NCBI GenBank assembly: GCA_965232515.1
Contig: CBDDPY010000002.1
Span: 4,192,001-4,256,000, forward strand
Source: Alphaproteobacteria bacterium
GTDB lineage: Bacteria > Pseudomonadota > Alphaproteobacteria > GCA-2731375
Length of the DNA: 64,000 nt
Direction: 5' to 3'
Shown in pieces: positions 39,938 through 49,477 of the stretch. The notes under the pieces were generated by a model that saw nothing but the letters and a program-made list of their open reading frames with translations, did not search any database and was not told the DNA's origin. The number at the start of each line of letters is the position of its first letter. Positions within the stretch are counted from its first letter, which is position 1. A program made the translations under genes and the position numbers.

Positions 39938-40381
39938 TCAGGGCGTCGTGTCGGGCCCCCCGCCGAATGTCGACCCGCCCATGGCTTTCAGCATTCGGCC
40001 CATTTCGGCGTGAACCGTCTGAACGGCCTTTAGCGGACGAATCATTACCTTGAAGTCGATGATCTTTCCGTCGCTGTTCCATTCAATTATGTCCACGCCA
40101 TTGACGTAGAAGCCGTTCATTTCCGTCTCGAACTCCAGAACCGCGCGCTGGGCGCAATCGAAGATCCGGGTGTATTTGAACGTGTCGTTTCCAAGGGTCT
40201 CACCGGCCGCAAGCAGGTACGCCATGGTGATCTTCTTGCCCCTCTGCGGGGTATGGACGACGGGACTCAGGAAAACGACATCGTCCGCGAGTTGATCGGC
40301 CAATCCCGCCGCGGAGTGATCGTTTTCGAGCCAGTCCATCCACCGTTGCACGTTGGTTGGTTGCGTCGGCATTGTCGTCAT
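39938..40381 (-). CDS. SnoaL/NTF2-like protein
   Basis: LADDVVFLSPVVHTPQRGK, VNGVDIIEWNSDGKIIDFKVMIRPLKA. Confidence 0.85.
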   Translation of the reverse strand: MTTMPTQPTNVQRWMDWLENDHSAAGLADQLADDVVFLSPVVHTPQRGKKITMAYLLAAGETLGNDTFKYTRIFDCAQRAVLEFETEMNGFYVNGVDIIEWNSDGKIIDFKVMIRPLKAVQTVHAEMGRMLKAMGGSTFGGGPDTTP

Positions 40382-40553
40382 ATCGCCCCATGGTCGATTT
40401 GGCGTCGCCTGCAACGCTAAACCTTTTCGACCCGCGCCGGCACATGTTTGTGCCACGATGCGCCGGCATGATGGCCGGCGCCGTCGCCGTGTCCGGCGTG
40501 GCGAGCCATCACGACAAAATCCGACAATTCGAGATTTCAGAAGTAGAAAAAGA

Positions 40554-40602
40554 TGGAGCGGGCGATGAGATTCGAACTCACGACTTCAACCTTGGCAAGG
40601 TT
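40554..40602 (-). other. 3' half of tRNA-Gly(GCC); att-site duplicate, not an intact tRNA
   Basis: Reverse complement AACCTTGCCAAGGTT-GAAGTC-GTGAG-TTCGAAT-CTCAT-CGCCCGC-TCCA gives anticodon arm, T arm, 3' acceptor strand and CCA; D arm and 5' acceptor strand are absent; 147 bp from the integrase. Confidence 0.88.
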
Positions 40603-40706
40603 AGGGTCGTAGATTCCGCCTCGTTCCCGACTGTGCCTCGTGTGCCCTGTTTCCAAAGGGTTACGCTCCGAAAATCTCCTTAACATTCCTCAGGATGCCG
40701 CTACAT

Positions 40707-40735
40707 TGATTGCTGGTGATTGCTATTTGATTGCT
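40707..40735 (+). repeat. Three TGATTGCT direct repeats; putative integrase arm-type sites
   Basis: Exact copies start at 40707, 40717 and 40728 (10-11 bp period), between the att core and the int start. Confidence 0.65.
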
Positions 40736-40748
40736 GGCCGGCGGTGCC

Positions 40749-42020
40749 ATGAAAGCGAAGATTACAAAGCGGACTGTCGACGCAGCCAAGCCCGGCAAGC
40801 GTGATCAGTTCATATGGGATGCTGAGGTCAAGGGTTTTGGCTTCAAGCTCACACCGGCGGGAAGTCGGGTCTACCTACTGCAAACCCGTGTTGATGGCCG
40901 TGTCCGCAGATACACTATTGGCCGGCACGGCTCGCCCTGGACACCAGACCAAGCCAGGACAGAAGCCCGTCGTTTGCTGGGGATTGTAGCCAGCGGCGAC
41001 GACCCGGCAGCGGAAAGAACACCCGCAGAGCAGAATCTTACGGTTTCGGTATTGTGCGACCGATACCTTGACGCCGCTGAACGCGGTGAGGTGATCACGC
41101 GCTTCGACGTTCCGAAAAAGGCGTCGACGCTGGCGATGGATCGCAGCCGGATAAACCGTCACGTCAAACCGTTGCTCGGCAAGAAGCGCGTTCGTGACCT
41201 GACATCCGACGACATCCGCAAGTTTATGGCCGATGTTGCTGCAGGGAAGACGGCGACCGATGAGAAAACCAAAAGGCGCGGCCGTGCCATAGTTCGCGGG
41301 GGGCGCGGTGCGGCAAGTCGTACAGTTGGCATGCTTGGCGCCATCCTCGATTACGCGGTCACGCAAAAGCTGCGTACTGATAACCCGTGCCGTGGCATCC
41401 GACGCTTCAAAGACGCCAAGAACGAACGCTTCCTATCAGCCAGCGAGCTTACACGGCTCGGTCAGACGCTGACGGTAGCCGAGAGCGATGGCGAGAACAC
41501 TTACGCCATTGCCGCCATTCGGGCGTTGGCGCTTACGGGTTGCCGCAGAAACGAAATTCTGACGCTGCGTCGGGCGTGGATCGACTATGAGCACTCGGCG
41601 CTGCGTCTGCCGGACAGCAAGACAGGCTCAAAGGTCGTGGCGATCGGAGCGGCGGCACTCGAATTGTTCGCGTCAATACCCTCCATCGAGGGATGCCCAT
41701 TCGTCTTCCCCAATGCCAAGGGCGATGGGCACTTTGTCGGCATACAGCGAGTGTGGGAACGCATCCGGGAAAAGGCTGGTTTGGCAGATGTTCGGCTTCA
41801 TGATCTCCGGCACAGCTTTGCCTCCGTCGCGGCAACTGGTGGTGACAGTCTGTTGGTTATCGGTGCGTTGCTTGGACACCGCGATGCAAAGACGACGGGC
41901 CGGTACGCTCATCTGACGCAAGATCCGGTCAAACGCGCCGCTGATCGCATATCCAACCGAATATCCGCCGCCCTGAAGGGCAGCCAGCCCGCAAACGTCG
42001 TCCCAATCAAGAAGGCCTGA
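40749..42020 (+). CDS. Tyrosine integrase with N-terminal arm-binding domain (P4-type)
   Basis: IWDAEVKGFG..TIGRHG arm domain; catalytic TGCRRNE, SKTG, HDLRH, LLGH, RYAH. Confidence 0.93.
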   Translation: MKAKITKRTVDAAKPGKRDQFIWDAEVKGFGFKLTPAGSRVYLLQTRVDGRVRRYTIGRHGSPWTPDQARTEARRLLGIVASGDDPAAERTPAEQNLTVSVLCDRYLDAAERGEVITRFDVPKKASTLAMDRSRINRHVKPLLGKKRVRDLTSDDIRKFMADVAAGKTATDEKTKRRGRAIVRGGRGAASRTVGMLGAILDYAVTQKLRTDNPCRGIRRFKDAKNERFLSASELTRLGQTLTVAESDGENTYAIAAIRALALTGCRRNEILTLRRAWIDYEHSALRLPDSKTGSKVVAIGAAALELFASIPSIEGCPFVFPNAKGDGHFVGIQRVWERIREKAGLADVRLHDLRHSFASVAATGGDSLLVIGALLGHRDAKTTGRYAHLTQDPVKRAADRISNRISAALKGSQPANVVPIKKA

Positions 42021-42023
42021 ACG

Positions 42024-42842
42024 ATGCCCAGGAAGTCTGTCGACGACTTCAGGCCAAGAGGGCTGCGAATTGGCGAGCGAATTTATTCTGACAAAGATAT
42101 CGAACAGATAATTTCAGCGGCTGGCGGTCTGCCTGACAGCAAGATATGGCACCTGCAACCTAACCAAGATGCATCCGACCTGGAGCGCAAGCTTGTGCGT
42201 CGGCATGTTGCGTTGGTCGAGCGAATCGAGTCTGCGGCACAGAATTACCTGATCAATTCGGAGTTCGCGACCCGTCCGACAGGCAAGCAGCTCTCCGACG
42301 AGTTCAAACGAATTGCCGAAGCTGCGGATCGACTTCTTGAGGCGCTTCATGTACCAGAAGACGGAGATGTCGACCAAATGCCGGACGCGCTACGGTTCGG
42401 CGGCTTGCAGGCGTTTGCTGGGAACGAGATTGATGCCCTTGGTGGCGACTACCGAGGACGCGGCGCGGCGGGCGTGCTGCAGGACGCGATTTCCGGTGTT
42501 GTTCAGATACGTCACTGGGCGTCGGCGGCTACAACCCGACACGCATTGAGGCATGCCACACCTCGTAAAGACAGAAATAAGGGCGATCAGTCGCTTGATC
42601 AGTTCATTGGCGATCTCGCCGACATTTGGATTGAGGTTTTCGAGCGCTCAATCGCAACGTCAGTGGGTGCGCCTGGCCGGTCGAACGAGGGCGAGGCCAG
42701 CGGGCCGTTTTTGCATTACATGGCCGCTTGCCTCGATCCTGTCCTTTGTAGCGATACGCCATCAATAGACGCGTTGCGTAGCCGAGTGCGCCGCCACCTG
42801 GTGCCCAAGCCGCTAGGCAAATCAACCTCTGAAAAAAGTTAA
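42024..42842 (+). CDS. Hypothetical protein downstream of the integrase
   Basis: 272-aa ORF starting 3 nt after the int stop, same strand. Confidence 0.7.
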   Translation: MPRKSVDDFRPRGLRIGERIYSDKDIEQIISAAGGLPDSKIWHLQPNQDASDLERKLVRRHVALVERIESAAQNYLINSEFATRPTGKQLSDEFKRIAEAADRLLEALHVPEDGDVDQMPDALRFGGLQAFAGNEIDALGGDYRGRGAAGVLQDAISGVVQIRHWASAATTRHALRHATPRKDRNKGDQSLDQFIGDLADIWIEVFERSIATSVGAPGRSNEGEASGPFLHYMAACLDPVLCSDTPSIDALRSRVRRHLVPKPLGKSTSEKS

Positions 42843-42929
42843 TCTGGCCATTTCGACTGAGCGGTAGCGCTTCAGCATCTTTGCCCCTGCCCGCCGGTTC
42901 GTTCCGGCCGTTAGATGCAGAGGTAATTG

Positions 42930-43163
42930 ATGACCATCACGCATGCGAAGAAGGAAGCCGCAGCCAATGCCCATCTGGGTTGGCTCCGGGCTCCTGACGC
43001 CGCCGCCTATGTTGGGCTGTCGGAATCCACGCTCGCCAAGATGAGGTGTCGCGGCGACGGGCCGCGCTATTCGAAGGCCGGGAAAATCGTCCTTTACGCG
43101 ACAGCCGTACTGGACGACTGGCTTGAGGCCCGTTCTCGTCTCAGCACGTCCGAGGCGGCGTGA
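42930..43163 (+). CDS. AlpA/excisionase-like helix-turn-helix protein
   Basis: LRAPDAAAYVGLSESTLAKMRCRGDGPRYSKAGKIVLY...LDDWL; GAGG RBS. Confidence 0.85.
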   Translation: MTITHAKKEAAANAHLGWLRAPDAAAYVGLSESTLAKMRCRGDGPRYSKAGKIVLYATAVLDDWLEARSRLSTSEAA

Positions 43164-43179
43164 ACCTCTTGAACTCAGG

Positions 43180-43263
43180 AATGCAAAGCCCGCTCCGGCC
43201 AGGAACCGGAAGCGGGCGTATTGCATTGGTGGCTTCGAAACATCGCCCTGACAGCAACAGGGC
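43180..43263 (+). promoter_or_regulatory. Two tandem stem-loops after alpA (attenuator/regulatory RNA candidate)
   Basis: AATGCAA-A-GCCCGCT-CCGG...CCGG-A-AGCGGGC-GTA-TTGCATT (43180-43227) and GCCCTG-ACAGCAA-CAGGGC (43245-43263). Confidence 0.45.
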
Positions 43264-43283
43264 CGACAAAAGGTACATTGGAT

Positions 43284-43490
43284 ATGCAAAATATACACTC
43301 AGTCCACGAGCTTTTCAATTCTAGCCGTCCCTCCTCCGCGGCGACTGAATTAGCCAAAAATCTCTCCGATCTGGGAACCGACGATCTGGCTTTCGTCCGG
43401 GCGATGATCTGTCGTCTACATGTGTCGGCACCGGTTGCCCGGCTGATCGCCGATATGACTCAAATCGAACGCGAAAGGTCGCGGCGATGA
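43284..43490 (+). CDS. Small hypothetical protein
   Basis: ATG 43284; its stop overlaps the next ATG (ATGA). Confidence 0.55.
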   Translation: MQNIHSVHELFNSSRPSSAATELAKNLSDLGTDDLAFVRAMICRLHVSAPVARLIADMTQIERERSRR

Positions 43491-43621
43491 CGCCGGCACA
43501 GAAGCTTCCAGCCGCCGTCGAACAGGCCGTGATCACCACTTTGCGCAAAACCTGGTGGCAATGTCCGCAACGCGATTTTCCACCGCCTCGATATGTCGTC
43601 CTTGAGGGCGGACGAAAATGA
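43487..43621 (+). CDS. 44-aa hypothetical protein (absent from ORF track)
   Basis: MTPAQKLPAAVEQAVITTLRKTWWQCPQRDFPPPRYVVLEGGRK*; ATGA overlaps at both ends. Confidence 0.6.
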   Translation: MTPAQKLPAAVEQAVITTLRKTWWQCPQRDFPPPRYVVLEGGRK

Positions 43622-44205
43622 ACGACAGCTTGCTTGCCGAGTTTCGTAATGCCGAATGGGAATTCGCCCGATCGTCGCCGGCAAAAATTCTGCGCCGCAA
43701 TGATATTGAACCGGCCGCCGCTATCGCTGTTGGCGGCATTGGCATGCAGCAAACCATTTCCTTCGGGGGGCGGCTGTACGAGCCGTCCGAGGATGACGGC
43801 CAGAAGATGCTGGTTCTCTGCGTCCCCCCGCCGTGGCGCTGTGCCGACGGTTGGGAGCTCAACGTCAATGCGGTGGATTTGTGCGCCTTCGATCCGCGAG
43901 CGCCGCGCGACTGGCGTCTGAGACTAGGCGACGCCGACGGCATCGGTTGGTGGTGGCGTCATCAGTGCTGGGAGCTGGATCAGCCTTTGCTGGTGGTGAG
44001 CGACCCGTTGTCGTGGCTGCGCGCCGCTGGCGAAGCCTTCTGCATCTTGAGGCCGGAGGCCGTCAAGCCGGCGCTGGACGGGCTGGGCCGCGTGCTGGTG
44101 CCGGATCTGGAAACTAAGAAGCTGATCGACGACGGCGTGCGGATGCCCGCAATCCCGATGCCGAAAATCAAGTTGTTGGAAAGAGAATATGAACACGCAG
44201 CGTAG
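43618..44205 (+). CDS. Hypothetical protein upstream of the helicase (possibly primase-associated)
   Basis: 195-aa ORF coupled to its neighbours; DLCAFDP..W.LRLG..PLSWL; function inferred from position only. Confidence 0.6.
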   Translation: MNDSLLAEFRNAEWEFARSSPAKILRRNDIEPAAAIAVGGIGMQQTISFGGRLYEPSEDDGQKMLVLCVPPPWRCADGWELNVNAVDLCAFDPRAPRDWRLRLGDADGIGWWWRHQCWELDQPLLVVSDPLSWLRAAGEAFCILRPEAVKPALDGLGRVLVPDLETKKLIDDGVRMPAIPMPKIKLLEREYEHAA

Positions 44206-45148
44206 TCAGGCTGAGCGGCTTTGGGAGGGGGCGACCGAAATCGAACCGGAGCGCCGGCTAAAGGCCGTCAACGTCGGCGATCTGTTGGCGATGGACATCC
44301 CGCCAAGGAAGATGCTTCTCGCGCCCGTCCTGCCGCGTCAGGGACTGGTGATGCTCTACAGCAAGCGCGGTGTTGGAAAGACGAACCTCGGCCTGCGCAT
44401 GGCCTATGCCGTCGCGGCAGGCGGGCCGTGCCTGCGCTGGGAAGCGCCAAAACCGAACCGGGTTCTGTTCATAGACGGGGAGATGCCGCTCATCACACTT
44501 CAGGAACGGCTAGCTTCCATCGTGGCAGGCGCGAGCGAAGAAATAGATCCCGAGTTCCTGCGCATCATTGCCGCCGATCACCAAACTGACGGCATCCCGG
44601 ACCTCAGCACTGAGGACGGGCAATCGGCTATTGAGCCGTATCTGCGTGATGGCGTCGATCTGGTCGTATTGGACAACCTCTCAACGCTCTGTCGTTCGGG
44701 CCGGGAGAACGAGTCCGAGAGTTGGGGTCCGGTGCAGGAATGGGCGCTGTCCCTGCGCCGTCGCGATATCTCGGTGCTCTTGGTCCATCACGCCGGTAAG
44801 GGCGGTCACCAGCGCGGCACCAGCCGACGTGAGGACGTGCTGGACACAATCATCTCCCTTCGCCACCCGGAGGACTACAGCCCGACGGAAGGCGCACGGT
44901 TCGAGGTTCATTTCGAGAAGGCGCGCGGCATCGTCGGCGACGAAGCAAAGCCATTCGAGGCCCGGCTCGAAGTTGTGGACGGTGCCGCACTCTGGTCTAC
45001 CCGTGATCTGGAAGATGCCGAAATCGCCAGAGCCGTTGCGCTGTACGCTGAGGATATGAGCGTCCGGGACGTGGCCTCGGAAATGGGCATCAGCAAAAGC
45101 AAGGCGCAACGTTTGCGTGCAAAAGCCGATGAAGCGGGTTTGTTGTGA
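44189..45148 (+). CDS. AAA_25/RepA-like (SF4-type) helicase with C-terminal HTH
   Basis: Walker A YSKRGVGKT, FIDGEM, Walker B VVLDN, VHHAGK..QRGTS; C-terminal SVRDVASEMGISKSKAQRL. Confidence 0.85.
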   Translation: MNTQRSQAERLWEGATEIEPERRLKAVNVGDLLAMDIPPRKMLLAPVLPRQGLVMLYSKRGVGKTNLGLRMAYAVAAGGPCLRWEAPKPNRVLFIDGEMPLITLQERLASIVAGASEEIDPEFLRIIAADHQTDGIPDLSTEDGQSAIEPYLRDGVDLVVLDNLSTLCRSGRENESESWGPVQEWALSLRRRDISVLLVHHAGKGGHQRGTSRREDVLDTIISLRHPEDYSPTEGARFEVHFEKARGIVGDEAKPFEARLEVVDGAALWSTRDLEDAEIARAVALYAEDMSVRDVASEMGISKSKAQRLRAKADEAGLL

Positions 45149-45882
45149 TGTCCGGCGATATCAACAAAGTATATCAAACCGATATAGGTGTCCCAGTGTC
45201 CCACCCCCTAGGCCATGGGACAGTGGGACACTTGGCCGAAAAGCGGGACAGCGCTCGGGACAGTGATGGGACACCTAGCCTGAAAGCATTAGCTGCTAAG
45301 GTCTTGGCGCGGGACACTGGCCGGGACACCAGTGGGACAGTTGGCGAAAAAGGTGTCCCACCGGGGTCCGAAGGCGTGGGACACCAAAAGCAGCCAGTTT
45401 CCGGCGGCTGGAAAAAAGAACGGCTCGACCACAAGGCGAATACGCCCGCAAGTGACGTTTCAGGCGCTCCCGGCAACATCGTGCTCCTAAGGGTGCCGAA
45501 GGGCTGCCCTGCAGACTGGGTACTAGGTGTCGACCTGCTGCGCCGATCCGCACCGTTGCCGGGCTGGAAGGAAAAGCGCTGGCGGCAGATGCAGGCGGAC
45601 GCGACCGACTTCATTGAAAATTGGGCTGCGAAGGCTCACGGGCTCGGGTGGACGGAAACCGAGCTTTTCGGCACCGACGGCAACTATCAACGCCTGAACG
45701 CCTACGGCCTGCTTCCAGTCGTCAGCGGGAAAACAATCGTCGCGCTGACGGATGAGACCGCGACGCTGCGACCTGCGACATTCTGCGACAATCGAAATGA
45801 TACCCGATTCTACCGCCGGCCGATGCCGGCTTCATCCCAGCTTGTTTGGAAATTCTTGGAGTCACAACGCGATCTCACATAA
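45145..45882 (+). CDS. Hypothetical replication-region protein
   Basis: GTGA overlap with the helicase; N-terminal part spans the GGGACA repeats; C-terminal W..A..LGW...LFG segment. Confidence 0.6.
   Translation: MMSGDINKVYQTDIGVPVSHPLGHGTVGHLAEKRDSARDSDGTPSLKALAAKVLARDTGRDTSGTVGEKGVPPGSEGVGHQKQPVSGGWKKERLDHKANTPASDVSGAPGNIVLLRVPKGCPADWVLGVDLLRRSAPLPGWKEKRWRQMQADATDFIENWAAKAHGLGWTETELFGTDGNYQRLNAYGLLPVVSGKTIVALTDETATLRPATFCDNRNDTRFYRRPMPASSQLVWKFLESQRDLT
45188..45383. repeat. GGGACA/TGTCCC iteron-like cluster (putative origin)
   Basis: 9 GGGACA (45217, 45225, 45245, 45257, 45268, 45311, 45323, 45334, 45378) and 3 TGTCCC (45189, 45197, 45354). Confidence 0.72.
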
Positions 45883-45982
45883 ATCCGCGTGGTTCAGAAC
45901 TCAAGAACCCAATTTCTGATGCGACTTGGAGTGATGGCCCAAAGATAGCGGATATGTTTGATAAAGGACTGACAAGGTGACA

Positions 45983-46663
45983 TCACCGACACTGATACAA
46001 GAAGGAATACACACAGGTTTCGTCGTCGGTGAATGGTCGAGATGCATACAGGGTTATCCAGCAGCTAGATTTCTTAGGGATCCTAAAATTTTCTGCAATA
46101 TTGAGTACGCCATTGGAGCTCGAACCTTCGTTCGATGCGCGAATTTTTGGCTCAGGGCAGACTAGGTCAACTTTTTTGTAGTTTTTGTCATAAGCGGTGA
46201 TAATCCCACCGCCATCTAAACTAATCGTGTCTCCAATACGTAGCGCAAATCGTTGGCCACGTTCCACGCGAGCCAAACTATCAGGCACCAACAGGCGACT
46301 CTCAGATGATGTCTTCGTCTCATCAAGGTCCAGGTTGTAGACGATTTGGAGAGCACCTAACACACACTCATTGTAAACACTACGCGCCTCAAGGCGGAGG
46401 CGTTCGTCGTCGAATGAGTCGAGAAAGTCCGTTTCGCTTTTGGAAATCTCCAACTCGCCTTCACCTTCGAGCACTTTGCCGAACAGGCGCTTGATTCCCC
46501 CTTCGATTTGGCCTCGAAACTCGATACTTGCACCACTCGAACAAACAACGGCGAGCGCTCGTAACTCTTCCGGAAGGTCGCGTTCCTGGCCGGTTGCGTT
46601 GGTGCTAATGGAAACAGAACTAAGACCACAAACTGCCGATACCAAGAACAGGCGCGTCCACAT
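45983..46663 (-). CDS. Secreted hypothetical protein
   Basis: Signal peptide MWTRLFLVSAVCGLSSV.. after GAGG RBS; Cys-containing ectodomain. Confidence 0.6.
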   Translation of the reverse strand: MWTRLFLVSAVCGLSSVSISTNATGQERDLPEELRALAVVCSSGASIEFRGQIEGGIKRLFGKVLEGEGELEISKSETDFLDSFDDERLRLEARSVYNECVLGALQIVYNLDLDETKTSSESRLLVPDSLARVERGQRFALRIGDTISLDGGGIITAYDKNYKKVDLVCPEPKIRASNEGSSSNGVLNIAENFRIPKKSSCWITLYASRPFTDDETCVYSFLYQCR

Positions 46664-48211
46664 ACCTCGTCCCCTTCGACTGCATAGGCGTCCAATGCAA
46701 GTTTTGCAGGCATTGAATGCTAAGGCAAAGCTTCCGAGGGTAGCAACGATTTCTGGTCGAGAGACGACCGATATGGCGCCGCACAGTGCCGATGGCACCT
46801 GCTGCACGGCGAGCGGCCGGACAGCGCCCGCTGTGCCGGTTGCGACGCTGTTCTAAGCGGCACCGAAGTTCGAGATTTGGGCGGCGGTGTTCGCGTGCAT
46901 GACAAGCCGGACAACGGATGCTTGATCGCCTATGGCGAGCGTTGGCGCACAAGAGCTTCGGCGGGATTGAAAAGACTAGGGATCACAAAGCGATCATAGA
47001 GTTCATGACGCAATGTCGTACTTGTTTCCCATCAGATCGCACATGTGCGCTGCGTCGAATAAGACAAGCGCCAACTCAAGCACCAGACTGCCTCTACTAC
47101 ATTCTCGCAAAAATTAGTGTTGCGATTGCACCCCGGAGCGGTTGTTCCAGGGCGCTGATCGCTGTGTGGTTTCTTGTCAAGTCGTTGAATTCACGATTAT
47201 TTCCAGGGCGATGTTGATTTCTGGAATGTAGAAACCCACAACGGTAAATCCCAAGCCCAGAATCCAACGCTTTGGCCGGATCGCCTCTAGCGACTTCTTA
47301 ATACGCATATGCCGTCCCCTTCTAAGTCCGTTACAAGACCTTCTCGAAGATCCTTGCTGATTAGCTCTCGAATTGACGTTGAAGCCGTTCATGACCGTCC
47401 TCCATCAAAGGGTGAACGGGTCGGTTGCCAAACTACGGCCGCGCAAAGCATTGCAGATATGTCCTCTTCAGCCTCTCGTTCCTCGCTCTTCCTCCCCCGG
47501 TGTCCCAAGTTGTGCATTTGCCAGTTCTCGGCTTATGTCACCCTGCTTTCGTTTGACCCTTCTTAGTTGTAGCGTCTCATTGGAACACGGCTACCCTGGT
47601 CCATTCGTGTTTCCATATCCCCTTGAAGATTGGCCGCGCGAAATCAACGGGTTGCTTCGGCGGTCTTGAGGCGGCGTCGAACGCCGGATTGACTCGACCC
47701 TCGTTGCAACGTGCAGGTGACGACGTGTAATCAATTCGTCATCATTGCAAGTATGCAACACACGATCGCGGTGATTCGCCGTCAGGCACTGGGTTTCGTG
47801 AGCGCGCGGCGACGTTTTTGTTGCAATGATCTTGGCTGTGTGGGGATGCGAAACGGCGGTCATATCGCGCCTCGCGCTGCTGTCGGCGTCAAGCCGTGGC
47901 GCGTCATGTCGAGATATGTCGTCTGCGTATCGCATTTTTCCCCTAACCGCTTAAGTGTCGTGCCGGAGAGCCTAAATTACGGTCAGCTATGTCACTAAAT
48001 TCGAGAATATGATCGACAATGCACAAATGTGATGCGGCAACCACCGTCCCAACAATTACGCGAGACAAGAATGTCGATCCGTAGTTGTCAACATCGTCAC
48101 TGAGCGAGACAGGACAGATTGGGAGGTCCGGGCGGCGGCTTCGACGGCAGTCGATAATCTGGTTGGTATTGTCTTTCAATGCCAATTGGCACGGACTAGA
48201 GGCACTCGCCC

Positions 48212-48730
48212 ATGAATAGCGCTCACGAATATGTCGTGACCCGGAAGCACCATGAAGCCTTCGGCATGATCGTTCAGGCGTTCGCACGACATGAACAGTT
48301 GATGACGATGACGGCGGCTTGGCTGTTGGATGCCCAGCTTTGGCCAATTGCCGTGGTCATGGCCGGACTCGGATATGCCGGGAAGCGGGACGCGATAGTG
48401 AGCATCATCAAGCACGTCGAGCCAGCAGATGAAAGGACCGATGCGATATCCGGTTTTTTGAATAAGCTCGATAAGTTTTCCAAGCTACGAAACAACATCG
48501 CGCATAGCACGTGGACAGAGGGCAAGCGGCCGGACTCGATAAAGCCCATGACGGTGATTGTTCGTCACGGATCTGGGCGCTTTATCGGCGCGAACCAGAA
48601 TGAGCCTGACTACACCGTCAAAGAGCTGTTCGAGGCTGCCAACCAATTGAACATCCTCTACAACAGCTTTGCGCAATTCGTGCAGCAATCGGGTATTGGG
48701 GCGGCTGTCCAAGCTAAGACAAACCCTTAG
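48212..48730 (+). CDS. Hypothetical protein with RNxxAH (HEPN-like) motif
   Basis: 172 aa, GAGG RBS; helical; FARHE near N-terminus and LRNNIAHSTW. Confidence 0.65.
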   Translation: MNSAHEYVVTRKHHEAFGMIVQAFARHEQLMTMTAAWLLDAQLWPIAVVMAGLGYAGKRDAIVSIIKHVEPADERTDAISGFLNKLDKFSKLRNNIAHSTWTEGKRPDSIKPMTVIVRHGSGRFIGANQNEPDYTVKELFEAANQLNILYNSFAQFVQQSGIGAAVQAKTNP

Positions 48731-48818
48731 GCAGAGATCGGCCCGCCTACCGCTCAACGATATCAATCTCGATGTGGCCCCTCGACTTGTAGGTCGTGCA
48801 AGTCAGCTTCCGGCGCGT

Positions 48819-49343
48819 CTACGACTTCTGTTTCGTCTTCCTGGCCTTACCTGTCCGGGTTTTCGCCTTCGCGCTTTTGCGGGCACGTTCTACGGCTTCG
48901 TCAGCCCACTTCTTGCGCTCCCGTTCACGAATAGCGCCGATCTCCCTAAGACCGTCATACATCTCTCCGCGCCCGGCTGATTCCTGTGTGCCTTGACCGA
49001 TCAGCCGCGATGCGGCCTGTTGAAGCGAACCACGAATGATTGACTGTTCCGCGTAATAGCGTTCCAGGTGGTCGTCGGTCATGCGGTCAACTAGCTCGGG
49101 GTCGCGTTCAATCGATAGCATCTCGTCAAGATCGAACGCGGGTGGGTAATGACCAAAAGCCTCTCGATAGGCCGTAAGGGCATTGATGAGATCTACGGCT
49201 TGCTGTCCAATCTCATAAGACCTGCCAGCGCCACGTGCTACGCGTATCAGGTTTGTTGTAAGGCTCCGGAGCGCCCAACTGACTTCTTGCTCAGCCCGTT
49301 TGCGAGCTAGATCGCCTTCTGAGTTGTCGCTAACAACACGCAT
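48819..49343 (-). CDS. Hypothetical protein
   Basis: MRVVSDNS start; helical; Lys/Arg-rich tail. Confidence 0.65.
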   Translation of the reverse strand: MRVVSDNSEGDLARKRAEQEVSWALRSLTTNLIRVARGAGRSYEIGQQAVDLINALTAYREAFGHYPPAFDLDEMLSIERDPELVDRMTDDHLERYYAEQSIIRGSLQQAASRLIGQGTQESAGRGEMYDGLREIGAIRERERKKWADEAVERARKSAKAKTRTGKARKTKQKS

Positions 49344-49477
49344 CTGCACCCCCACATCGCCTCCACCGCACTAGCATGAAGGGTTGTTAACGGGCTGTCG
49401 AGATACACCGTCTGCGAGGGGCGAGTTTGACGTCTCTGACCGCCCCTTGATCTAATTTCGGCGGATGGGGTGATTCG

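Noticed and set aside
40554-40628. Intact tRNA-Gly gene
   Set aside because: Only the anticodon arm to CCA is present; no D arm or 5' acceptor strand (GCGGGCG) at the expected position
45188-45383. CRISPR array
   Set aside because: Repeats are 6-8 bp with 2-40 bp gaps in both orientations; no cas genes; no 23-50 bp repeat-spacer array seen anywhere in the window
46860-48200. Several short ORFs (46918.., 47177.., 47591.., 47943..)
   Set aside because: No motifs or clear coupling; only a possible 43-aa membrane peptide (47177..47308, minus) has an RBS, too weak to call
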